In this document: positions 1 to 12,117 of the stretch, piece after piece
Layout: every line of letters starts with the position of its first letter
How positions within the stretch are numbered: the first letter of the stretch is position 1
Source: Ylistrum balloti
Lineage: Eukaryota
DNA length: 64,000 nucleotides
Assembly: GCF_031769215.1 (NCBI RefSeq)
Contig: NW_026782016.1
Location: forward strand, 1,364,001 to 1,428,000
Direction of reading: 5' to 3'
Notes under the pieces: model-generated
What the model saw: the letters and a program-made list of their open reading frames with translations, nothing else
Databases searched by the model: none
What the model was told of the DNA's origin: nothing
Made by a program: the position numbers and the translations under genes

Positions 1-264
1 TTGCATTTTTAACATATGCCAAAGATTTCAAACTGATGAGTTTTACTGTTGAGAGAAATTTGTGAACTAATGATAACACATATAAATTACATATTCTTCA
101 AGCAACATATTAATATGACTATTTGAAGATATTACCCCAACAATTTCAGAACAAAGAAAATCATCAAATATTGCCAGCACTTTTCTTTATATCATTCACA
201 ATCACATTTACTTTCACACTAGCAGGTCCTGTTTGCTACATCTTAGTTGTTGAGGTCTAATTAC

Positions 265-3200
265 CTTTAAATCTAAAGCATGCAGATGTTGATCATGTGA
301 TCCTACATAGATAACAGCTGTTTGAGGATCCACAGCAGGCGAGCTTTTCACCTCTGCCCCGGTTTTGTACTTCCACCAGATTTCTCCTGTCAAATGCTCC
401 ATCACATAAACAGTTCCATCATAACATCCTACAACGTCCAAAATAAGTAACATCAAAACTCTTTTTAAACACAAAAATCTATTATGATATTACTGAAATA
501 TATAGCTTATGCAAAGTTGATCTTCAAAACACTTACCTACAATGACATAATGTCCACAAGCACTGACACAAGCTGATGACTCAATGCGATCACCCAGTGT
601 TGTCTTCCACTTCACCTCTCCTGTCTCCATGGTGATGGCAGTAAACTCATGTGAATGGGAGCCAATGTATACTGTATGTCCCCCAATCCTATAAAGTTAA
701 ATTTATAATCATTTATAAAATATTAGTATAGAAATGTAATTTTTGACAAAAAGGGTTTAGTTTTGGTGGTATTCTACATTTGAAACAATAATTTACTATT
801 AATATTTTCTTCAATACCTGTCTCTGGCTATAACAGGTGAGGCATCCACACATTTGCCTGTGTTAACTTTCCAACAGACACTCAAGATTATATCTCTCTG
901 GTGTGGTGTATATCCACAGAGGTTTTCTGCCTGTTGTCCTTCCAGGTTACTGTCTGGTGTTTGGAGATCAGATGTACTACTGTGGTAGAAAGATCTGTAT
1001 TTTCTCCTTAAATCTGCTTTCATATCAGTTCCTCTATTCATACCGCTGTTTCCTCTCCCAACTGACCAGATTATTTGGTCACCAAATGACTTATAATGAT
1101 TGTCTTTACTTCTTATCAGCGATTCATCACATATAATCTTTTTGCCTTGATTTTCATCTTTGTAAATTTCTAAATTATCTTTATCAGCACATTTCCTTTT
1201 TTTAATCAATTCATTATTTTTAAGACTGATGGATAAATCTAATTTCTTTTTTTCTATTAAATCATCCACGTAATTTACATTCAAGTTTTCTGTCCTTAAT
1301 CTTTTTAATACTGGTTCAGTGTTATTTGATGCTTTGAGATGATTTAGTGAACACGCCTTCTCCTTTCGACTGTTTTGTTGTAGTGGTATTTGATCACAGA
1401 GGCATCCCTCTATATAGCCAAGGATATCAGTATATACATCATGTAAAACAACATCTAAAAGTTTGGGAAGTCTTATGTTGAAAGTTGATTCTATTTTGTC
1501 TGAAAACTGAACTGCCAACAGACTGTCACCTCCACTAGTAATAAATCTTGTGTTTGTGGTTGGTCTTTCATCTCTTAGCAGAATATCCTGAAAAAGGTCA
1601 AATAAATATTAGTCATCATACGTTTTCTAATGAAAAATCCCCTGATTTACATAGTTCTAGACTCATGAGATCAGTAGCATTAGTACAGCACCAATTAAAA
1701 GGGACTTATATCAGAACTGTTCAACCATCCAAATGTTGTATCAATGTAGGTCACGTTAGGTATCAGTTTTTAGGTGAAATAAATTTGCTGAAATTATATG
1801 TGGATTAGTGTTTAATATATGAAAATGTCATGTCTTACCATCCAGATCTTCTCGACAATAACAGGTATCCTCCTAGCTGTGTCAACATTCATTACAGTCC
1901 CAGGCTCATAACATGTTTGTAGTAATTTAGTCTTGTCCAGTTTACCTACAATAGTTTCATTATACAAAGCATCACTTGGAACAGTTCAATGTATAATGTC
2001 AAAACTTAATATAATTTGCAAATGTTTTTTCTTTCACAAATTTTCTCTCAGTACATCAAACTATTTCTTTTAAGTGAGTGACAAAGTAACTATTCCGAGC
2101 ATGGTTATCATGGATTATCTCATTGTTGTCAAAGTAATATGTCAGAATTAAAAGGTGTTGATCAAGATTTAAAACAAAACAATCCTTCAGAGTTGGGGTT
2201 GGGGAATTTGGAAAGTTATGGACCAATACTAACAAATAGCTGAAACGAAATTGGTCCACAACTCACCAGTTAAATCCTTCCCACATTTGACATCATCTTA
2301 TGATGAAATGGACACTTCTAGTAAATATTATTTTCAATTTCATTCAGTGATCATTTTGAGGATTTTTGAGGAATATATCACATTTCCTCCGTTATAAAAT
2401 ATTTCAGTGAACAGTTTCCACTCCAAATTTTTTTTAAAAAATGCTTATATGCTTATTCCAGGAAAGATAAAATGTCCAAGCAAAATTGTTCCTTCAGGTG
2501 AAGATATCAAATAAAAAAAAAACTTAAAACGATAAGTAAATATAATGATCTAACCTTACAGTTTTGATCACTTGTTAACAAATACTACAAAACCAGTGAA
2601 TATTTTAAAATTAATTATTCAATTTTTTTTTCAATATTTTAGATGGTATCATTCTCACATAAGATCAAATTTAGTGTACACTATCTTACCATGATTGGTG
2701 ACAGGAAATTTGGGAACTATAACAACACTGTCAGGCCAGTATTGAGAAGGAAGGCATTTTTGTATCCAGTGGTGTATTTCCAGTGGAACTATTTTGTTTG
2801 TGCCTTGTGATATGACAAAAATCAGAAGTTTCTTCTGATCAAATACAACTCTACAGTCAGCGACATTTTCCAGCTTCAGTACTGTCTGTTTGGAAGAAAA
2901 TAGTAAAGTTGCGTAGAATTCAGAATTTATTTCAGTAACAGTTGTGTTTACTGTAACTATAAACAATATTTGTTTATTAATGCATCAACAAAGGATCATA
3001 AAAAAGATAAACAAGTGAAATGTAAACATCCTTTATATTGTTAATTTACAGTTTTACCAAAAGCTTGAAACATACACAAGAGAGTAATCATTAGTTTCTC
3101 TATCAATTTTATATTTAAGGTACTATATTTCATGATATAATTAGACCTTAAATAGAATCCTACAAAGGAACATCATTAAGATCATTAGTAGTGACATGAA

Positions 3201-6200
3201 AACGGAAAGATACCAAAAAACAACTGAAAACAAACAAAAAGGACTGAAACAATGAGCAGTTAAAATTCAAAAACATGTTTCCTTGAATAATACATGACAG
3301 CGATAAATGTACTTTTGTATCAAGAAATAAGTAAATCTTGTAAATGCAGAATTTTACCTTCCCTTACCTTTTCAACTTCACAAAGATTTATCCTTTGACC
3401 ATTCCTTTTGACCTGGTCATCCTCACGACTGAGAAAGATTATCTCCCTTTTACTGTTGATGGCAACAGTGTCACCAGTTGCCCGTAATATTGATTGTCCT
3501 GAGTCTGCTTCTTCTCCAACCAAGTAACATTGCCTTCTTTTTATTCCTGTATGAAGATTTTAAATGCATATGATACTGGAAGTAATGTTAAATTAATTGA
3601 AAAAAAAGACAGCAGAAACAAGTGACCAATAACATTGTTTCTTGGACAAATCTTTAGTTTCTTATATTAGTAAAAGCGGTAGCACTCTCAGGCACAGTTC
3701 CAGGTCAAAAGATAGCCTTATCTAAGTACAATAGAAATCTCTCATTAATAATTCATACTGATTTATGGCAAAGTATTAAATGCCACTTATAAGCAAATTG
3801 AATTGTGTGAATGACCACAATAAATCCAGTTTAACAAAGACTTACCACCCAAGTGTAGCTGTCCCCTGCCATTGAGGACCTCCCTACCACAATTATCAAG
3901 AACTGTTACTATGGTATCCTTCAGAGGTTGACCCAAAGGTATGTCATCAGTCAGGTTACTGTAAAAAGTGTGAAAAGTAAACATTTTGGAAAGAATGTAA
4001 ACACACAGTGACTTGTTCTCCACCTACATCAACCCTGAGGAAGAAATCCTGAATTACATCATCAAATCTTTTAAAATTTCAACAGAACACATTCTTTTAC
4101 AACTTGCTACCTGACAATTTTTTATCATATTACATACTTTCTTTCCCTATCAAATTTTTGTCCTTTATGTTCTTCAATCATTTGATGTACTCATAAGTAC
4201 CTAAATATTATAAAAAATTAGCAGGCCTACCATTCAACTGTATTTCTTGCTATATGTCCGAAACGCATTAGTTTGACTACTTCTAATTTCCAAACAAGAT
4301 AAACACAAAACAGCTTTAGAAAAAATGATGAGTAGAATTATTTAGTCTGAATTTGTTACTTCATTACTGCATGTCCATCTAAACATTTTGTACTTGAATA
4401 TTGAAAAAGGCTATGTATTCCAGCCAGAAAAGAGTCTGATGAATGGTTACAAGCATCATGGACAATAGGCATAAACTTTACCTAAAGTCCCTGTCAGTCA
4501 CTTCATAGCATGTAGACCAACATGACACCTCTGTGGTACCATACAGGTTGAAAAACTTTGTTGAATTATCAGGAGCTCTCCATTTCTGGATTAGGGATAT
4601 TGAAGGAAATTTCTCTCCTCCAAAAGCAAGAGTTCTGAGCTGAGAGGAACTTCCAAGCAACGTCTTCTTCAAAACTTCTGATCCTATTCTAGACACCAGG
4701 GATGGAGTGGCCTAAAATAATTACACATGTGTACAGAGTAAATCTGACCAATTATTTACAAGACAACTGTTCCTAATCATTCAGACTCCAAGGTTTAATT
4801 TCAATCTCTTATCACAACACTTTTACTCAACTTGATATTGGAAAAATACAGATGAGATTAAAATTTTAGCAAGGATGTTATCTTAAACTGAGAGTACATA
4901 AAAAATTGATAAAACAAATGCTTGTGTTGATGAAACGTAAAAGACATGTATAGAGTTTAAAGAAAACATATTGATTTTGAGAGCTGGTTGACACCTACTG
5001 GATGAACACAAGTGTGGCACAAAAAGTGACTCTAACAAGTAGGTAGAATATAAAAGGTAGCAATTTTATATTTGTTGGGTTTATCACCCAATGAACAGTC
5101 AGAGTCATTTTGAGGTGGGGTTTTCTTGTAATACCTGATGGCTACCTCACTGTTCTGAAAACATACAGGAGGCTTGTCACATTTTATACAGAGAAATTAG
5201 GGTAAAGTGTCTCACTCAAGGCCACAGCCCAGACTGTTTCTCAGCTTCCTGAGAAACACAAACTGCCACTGGTAAGGAACGATGACCCATGCACCTTGGA
5301 TCTTGATTTGAGGTTAAGTAGACCAAACACCATTCCATAATAACTTATATATTTGTTAAATCAGACCAAAATTACTTATCGTGTCTCACAATTCATTCCT
5401 ATTGGATGACCACATTTACGTTCTGGCCCATGACCAATTTTTCATTGTTCAGATAAACAGCACACATGTTTTCATGATACAACATCCTTTACTATACTCC
5501 CACTTTTCAGGCTTACAAATCATTCTGGTCTAACAATAGGACGTCTGAGATGCACGTAGGATAATAGGTGGACACTAGTCAGGTACTGACCAGTAGGTAA
5601 ACGACCTATGACTATAAGATGTTTGAGGTAGGGCAATGAGGTGGACACTAGTCAGGTACTGACCAGTAGGTAAGTGACCTTTGACTATAAGATGTTTGAG
5701 GTAGGACAATAGGTGGACACTAGTCAGGTACTGACCAGTAGGTAAGTGACCTATGACTATAAGATGTTTGAGGTAGGACAATAGGTGGACACTAGTCAGG
5801 TACTGACCAGTAGGTAAGTGACCTTTGACTATAAGATGTTTGAGGTAGGACAATAGGTGGACACTAGTCAGGTATTGACCAGTAGGTAAGTGACCTATGA
5901 CTATAAGATGTTTGAGGTAGGACAATAGGTGGACACTAGTCAGGTACTGACCAGTAGGTAAGTGACCTTTGACTATAAGATGTTTGAGGAAGGACAATGA
6001 GGTGGGCACTAGTTAGGTACTGACCAGTAGGTAAGTGACCTATGACTATAAGATGTTTGAGGTAGGACAATAGGTGGACATTAGTCAGGTACTGACCAGT
6101 AGGTAAGTGACCTATGACTATAAGATGTTTGAGGTAGGACAATAGGTGGACACTAGTCAGGTACTGACCAGTAGGTAAGTGACCTTTGACTATAAGATGT

Positions 6201-9200
6201 TTGAGGTAGGACAATGAGGTGGACACTAGTAAGGTACTGATCTGTCGGTAGGTGACCTTTGGCTATGAGATGTTTGAGGTAGGACAATGAAGTGGACACT
6301 AGTAAGGTACTGACCTGTAGGTAGGTGACCTTGTGACGGTAATACAGCATACTCAGCAGAGACCTTGGCATCATCTTTACAGTGTGTGGGACTATCAACA
6401 GACATGCACCACTTCCCAAGGCCAGGAAAACATCAACAATACTTGGGTCAAAGGTCAAAGGAGAGCTTAAGAATATGAGGTCATTGTCTTTAATCTTGAA
6501 AATATTTCTGTAACAATTAGAGGACCAATATACATATTTAAATGTTTCATACCTTAAGATGTTTGTACCTAATATTTAATGACAGCATTGCAGGTTTTAT
6601 TTTCAATAAAAGTATAATGAGCCATTTATAAAGGGCAGTGATTTATATATACTTCTAATGCAATAATAATAAAACAAACATTCAAGGAGTCATTGTCAAC
6701 TTCAATAGCCTTGAAGCAATTTTCTGACTTCCCTGATCATCTTAAACCCATACAATTTCATGGATTTTAAACTTAAATATACTCATCTTGTCATTTTCTT
6801 GTAACCAAAGGTACTCAAACTGGATATCAGTGACTATATATGTTAAGTTGCTGTCCTGATGTTAGGTACCTGAGATGCATGATGTTAGGTAGGATACACT
6901 GGTGTGGTACTCGTACTATCTTTGGTGTACCAGTTGTGCCTGAGGTGGTGATGCAGTAGGCTAGACTCCCAGTGTGTTTACAGTGTGTTCCCTGAAGCTG
7001 GACCAGCATCAAACCTATGTCCCGTATCCCTGCATCACTTACAGTCACAGCATCAAACCCAAGCAGCATAGGCTCCAACTTCTATAACAGTAAACAGGAG
7101 GACACACTATGTCTAATAAAATCATCCAAAGTATAGTTTTACAAAATTCTATTGATAATAATTGATTACTTCCTTTAAGTGAAGTAAAAAATGGTCAAAA
7201 TGGCACTTTGATTACTCAAACATAACACAAAGAAAATCAAAAGCATGAAAATGTTAAACTATTGATATACTGTAAGACCAAGGTGTCAAAACTGTAGCAG
7301 CAACATTAACCCTTGGACAAAAATGGCTAATAGTGTTGGACTATCCTCATCCATGTATATCTCAAACTAACCAGTTAATCTTCCTTATCTACAGGTAAAA
7401 TTCATAAATATGTCATAGTAAGTTGCACCGAGTTGCCTCTTGATTTATTGTATCTAAATTAATACTATAAAGATCATTTAGTGTTTACAACACATACATT
7501 CACATAAACCTGTGAAAAGGAAGCACGTTTTTCATTCTTAAAATAACAGCGTATATTCCAATTCAGAAATAGTAGTTTTCTATTTTCAAATGTAACACAG
7601 TATTAGTATATATTGAGCACATAATTATATTCTAATATGCACAATATGCATATTGGTGCTTGCTGAAAAAAGATAGACTAGCATTTCAGAAAACAAGCAG
7701 GAAATGTTATGTCAAGGTAGTTTAATGTTGCATTTTCTAATCCTGATTGTTAACACCATAGCAAAATTCACAAACCTGTAAGTTTTCAGGGTCAACTAGC
7801 ACAACACGAATACCCATCTCCCTGATAACATGCTGGACAAAGTTCACACAGTTTGGCTCAAAGTTGTAAAAGGCTCCTCCACTCCCCAGCACACTATTAA
7901 TATATATATATATGTCAACATTTTTACCATTAAAATAATTCATAGATCGTCTCTTTCCAAGTAAATATCATTTTAACCTGCATACCACAATAGAAGACAT
8001 GCAGTTAAATTTTTAGACTTTCAATGTTGTCAACTTCTAGTCATCTAATATCTCTTCACAGCCCTTCGAAATCAAGGGTAACAGTGTGTTTTGAAAGGCC
8101 ATCGAAGAAATATACCTCATAATCAATTCTTTTGAATAGTTATCACATCTGTATGTATTCATATGAAGTTCTATGTTATATTTGAACATTGTTTTAACTC
8201 AATTAGATCCATTTTATTTCTATTTTTCAAATACTGAATAGAAAGTCAGGAAATATCAAGTTATTCTATCAATTTTCCCAACGTGAGCATGTCAATCCTG
8301 TAACCCATATCATATTGAACTGACAAAAGCAGGTCACAATACTGGCCTTTTCACTAGTGAAAATTTGGTAACAAAACTTGTGCATATTAAGTGTTCAACT
8401 TCATGACTGGCAAGTAATGATACAATGCTGATGTAACAATAACTTAGAATTGGGTTATTTCTAATCAGAAATTCATATTGATATATACTCAGTAATTATT
8501 AGGCATCAACCTCAAAACTGTCAACATATTCTTAAAGAAACTAATATATAGGTCAGCATATAATTTGTTTTATTTGCACAATAATACAACAAGACAAAAA
8601 ATCCTAGAGTTCTTCACTGTATTACATATGGAAATGTTTGCAGTGTGATTAGGACGATAAAGATATGATTATAATAAACTTTATTTATTTTACAACAATT
8701 GCAAAGCAAGTTTTTCCAACTTATATTAATCACTATTGTTGGCTCTGATGGAAGCGTGCGAGGGGTCTGAGTGTGGGAGGAAACCGGAGTACCAGGGGAA
8801 GACCCAAGTGGGAGGTGACCCAATGCCTTTTCACATCCATTCTGAGAATTGAACCCCAGACGGCTAGGTGAAAGGCGAGTATGTTATCACTGCGCCATCC
8901 GACCCTTCGCACACGTACATCCGGACCAAAAAGAGTGATTAGTATAAGTTGAAATAACTTGTTTGGCAATTGTTGTAAAATAAATAAAGTTTATAGTTTA
9001 TAAGATATGATTATGGTGGGTATTTTCCATATTGAGTAAAAAACTGGACAATCATTTACCAGATATATATTATCAATTACACTGCCATATGTTTCTGTTT
9101 GATGGAAAACCAGATACAACACTACTACTAGTGTTCTCTTTATTCTTGAGCACAAATAAAATTAGACATATTTCTCAGCAGATAATTTGATTCACTTTTA

Positions 9201-9848
9201 AATCACTACTTTTAAAGTGTGATCTGGCAAATCTGGTACCAACTTTACAACCTGTTTCTATAACACAACTGGTTACATACCAGTATAGAGATAAATCTTA
9301 CCCAAGGAGAACAGAAGGCAGGTTGTGAGATGGTGGAATACAAACACCAACAATTTCATCCTTTACATGAAACCTCTCCAGTGCAGCTGTTATCTAATTA
9401 AAAAGCAAAAATGTAATTCATAAAGAAAGGTATTAATTTTGTAAAAACCATACTTATAAAAAGACAACAACCTATGTAAATTGTGGAGCTGTTGCTCATC
9501 ATTTCCAACAGTAATTATAGACACTACTTTAGTACTCAAAGGTATAAATCTGTGACTGAAAATGACTCAAGATTAATCCTGCTTATAACCATAAGCTGAT
9601 CTTTAAATTTTCTATCTGATCTATCAGTGTACTGATTATAAATGTAAATATTTCTTGTTCACATGGTTGGTAACTTTGATGTTCATTAAAGGTAATTCTG
9701 ATACCTTTTCAGTTGACTTCTGAAGTTGTGAGTAAGTAGACACTACAATGGCCTCTCCATCATCAAACCTAACTGCAGGAGCATCTTTATACTGTACAAA
9801 ATTTGGTGTAACAACATCCAGTAATGTCTCAGCAGCTTGGTCCTGCAT
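265..9848 (-). CDS. AASDH: Beta-alanine-activating enzyme / ACSF4 (NRPS-like: adenylation domain, carrier domain, PQQ-type beta-propeller); multi-exon, 3' end outside the window
   Basis: Phase-consistent GT-AG exons: 9848-9705, 9393-9302, 7893-7776, 7081-6870, 6507-6315, 4711-4482, 3958-3846, 3546-3368, 2885-2690, 1945-1839, 1587-818, 688-537, 428-265. Motifs: AYCITTSGTTGTPK (AMP-binding), SPLTFDPS, AFGGEKFP, NLYGTTEVSCW, RNGQRINL, GGDS phosphopantetheine site (Ser codon 1524-1522), and propeller repeats KCVDASP, YIGSHSH, IESSA, VKSSP. Confidence 0.93.
5040..5335 (-). mobile_element. Degenerate CORE-type SINE remnant in an AASDH intron
   Basis: Minus strand reads gccttgagtgagacactttaccctaatttctctg, resembling the CORE/MIR central domain. 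It contains a perfect 10-bp inverted repeat at 5235-5258. Head and tail are eroded. Confidence 0.4.
5560..6314. repeat. 72/73-bp minisatellite (about 10 units) derived from an AASDH exon end and splice donor
   Basis: The ggacactagt anchor recurs at 5570, 5643, 5715, 5787, 5859, 5931, 6004, 6076, 6148, 6221 and 6294. The minus-strand unit contains aaggtcacttacctactg|gtcagtac, versus the true junction aaggtcacctacctacag|gtcagtac at 6315/6314. Confidence 0.95.
8673..8905 (-). mobile_element. Full-length tRNA-derived V-SINE-like element
   Basis: Head gggtcggatggcgcagtgataac (A box) and ggggttcaattctc (B box). Central gggtcttcccctggtactccggtttcctcccac matches the V-domain motif. AT-rich tail aaataaataaagtttatt. 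Confidence 0.8.
8902..9001 (+). mobile_element. 5'-truncated second copy of the same SINE (3' end only), head-to-head with the full copy
   Basis: Ungapped hand alignment to the reverse complement of 8673-8766 gives about 79 of 94 identities. The pair is flanked by the direct repeat aagatatgattat (8660-8672, 9002-9014). Confidence 0.85.
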
Positions 9849-10930
9849 GATTGATTCTCACAGGAAATGATCTCAACTTTTCCATGGAGGCCGACAAGCT
9901 ATACAACTGTAATTCCCTGGATCTGAATAAATTTCAAAATGTTTCAACTGACTTGAGATATTCAAGAAACACTAGTTAATATACATGCAAGAATCAACTA
10001 TATAATTACATAATCCTGTTCTCTCACATAATCACTGACAAAAGCTTGTAGATAAAAATTATATACCATATCAGTTTGTAGAAGAAATGTTTAGAAATTA
10101 ACCTGACCCCTTTCACTTTACAATGAACAATTCACCATGAAAATATAAATAAATCATGCTTAACTCTTCATTAAACAGAACATTTGGCTGATATATCGAA
10201 AGTAAATGGTAAATAAAAAAAATGTTCATATACCCAAGGCAAACGGTCCACTTGGAAAAGATTAATGACCACTTAATGAAATTTTCTACATTAGTTTAAT
10301 TGTTTGTTTGATTAATAAGTCTGTCTGTATATGTCACAGATACCCTGTCATTGAATGACAGAGGAAGAGCAGACACCAATGATATTGTCTTTTGTTTTAG
10401 TTTATGTTTTGTTTTAGTAATGTAAGAAGAGGTTGGCAAAACTGACGTTACCCTCTATAAAGAGATATACATGTACATACTATGATATACACATACATGT
10501 GTCTGCCCTCAGTCACTTTGTTAAAGATGATCTTGCCTTCTGGTCCGTCTTCCTGCGTTGGTTCCGTATACTTTCCTATTGCATTTTCCTGTTGCATTTT
10601 ATTCCTGCAAAGATCAGAGACGTATCTCTGCAAAGAAAATCCTTAATGACAGCACACAAAGGGCAATAACTCTGAATATTTCGCAAATATTTTTAAAAAT
10701 GTATGGCAACAAATGACAATGGTAAATGCTGATACAATGTAAATCATGTGAGGGCTTAATTGTGATTAACAAAGATGCATAGACAAGTTCAGATAATCTA
10801 AATATTAACTGCGAGAACTCTGTTGTAGTCTGTAGATGTACCGTGATATTAAAATTGCCTTGCTCTTGGCCTAATCAAAATATCTTACATGAGAACCTGC
10901 GATTAAGGGTTGTCTTGCGTTGTATCTTAC

Positions 10931-11372
10931 GCGTACATAGATGCATATGTGAATACTGCTGCATTTTAGTCATGTTTTGTTCCTTTATTCGTTTAGTCGC
11001 AAGTTATTTCGGACCGGATGTATACTACATAAAACAATAAATTGCACGGATAGCGTTCGACAATGTTCCGGAAATAAACTTTAGTTCTTGTTTGTACACA
11101 CAATGTATGTGTATATCTAGTATAGTGTGGATTCAAATGTAAAATTAATAAAAACATAAACAAAAAATACACGTTTCACAGTTTGCAAACTAATCAATAA
11201 AATGTATATACTTTAGATAATGTGTTAAATCTACTTCCGGTCAGTAGATTCAAAATAAAAGAGTTCCAAAACAAAACCCGCCAATCTTTTTTCCAGCGAC
11301 TACAAAGGCTGAGTAATTAACTAACAACGATGCCCTTATGTCCGGACTTTGGCTAACATTGACATCACAAAA
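10931..11372. promoter_or_regulatory. Putative bidirectional promoter with the non-coding first exons of AASDH (-) and ANAPC10 (+)
   Basis: Minus-strand donor gc|gtaaga at 10931/10930 and plus-strand donor aa|gtaagt at 11372/11373. ETS-type motifs ccggaaat (11068) and acttccgg (11233), and a CCAAT box near 11280. CpG content is locally raised. Confidence 0.55.
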
Positions 11373-12117
11373 GTAAGTACATGTCCAGCGAAAACTCTAC
11401 CCATGTACATTGATGTATCTCGTTAAAGGGATCAGATCATGCAGACCGCATTCCATAGAACGTCATGATCACATTCCTGCCGGTAGGGATAAACCACGAA
11501 AAGGATCGAAAAGCCTGTTGTGTGTGTTAGTAGTCTGGCTACTGTACAGGGTCTGCATTTGTGTACTTCTTACTTTCACTTATATTGTAGCTAGTCTCAG
11601 ACTAGACAAAACCAGAGGGAAACGGCCTACAGATGACTGGTACGTATGTTATAGGAAGGAGTAACGAAAAACTCCCTGCCTATTCAGTCTCTAGCTGGAC
11701 ATTTCTATCTACAGCTCGACTGATTAGAAAATTCCCAGCAGCCGTACCGCGTGACTAGCTACAGTTATACCCCGACCTTGAGGTGTTTACTGGTTTAATA
11801 ATAGGGTATGAACTGAAAGAAATGAGACAATGCAACAAACATGTAAAGCAAGACAGATTACAAAATATGGTTAATGCTACTAACACAAACAACCACTTTA
11901 TTGAATGCACACATTACATGGTAAGTCAAGTGATCATGACATCCTCAAAGATATACATACATGGACAACAGCATGTACTTGCAAATACATAATGCATTTT
12001 AATAGATAACATTTACAATTAGGTGTGCACTTAGAATGACAAGTACTAATTCACTTAATTATATCAATTAAACAATGAATTACATCTTGAAATATATCTT
12101 GTTTATTTGTAGAAGTC

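Noticed and set aside
33-60. Other CTGANGA...GAAA spacings (33, 19151, 49263)
   Set aside because: No stem II pairing and no stem I/III complementarity.
5575-6226. ORFs with 24-aa repeats (HLLSYLKHLIVKGHLPTGQYLTSV)
   Set aside because: By-product of a 72-bp repeat unit; 73-bp units break the frame, and the region is an AASDH intron.
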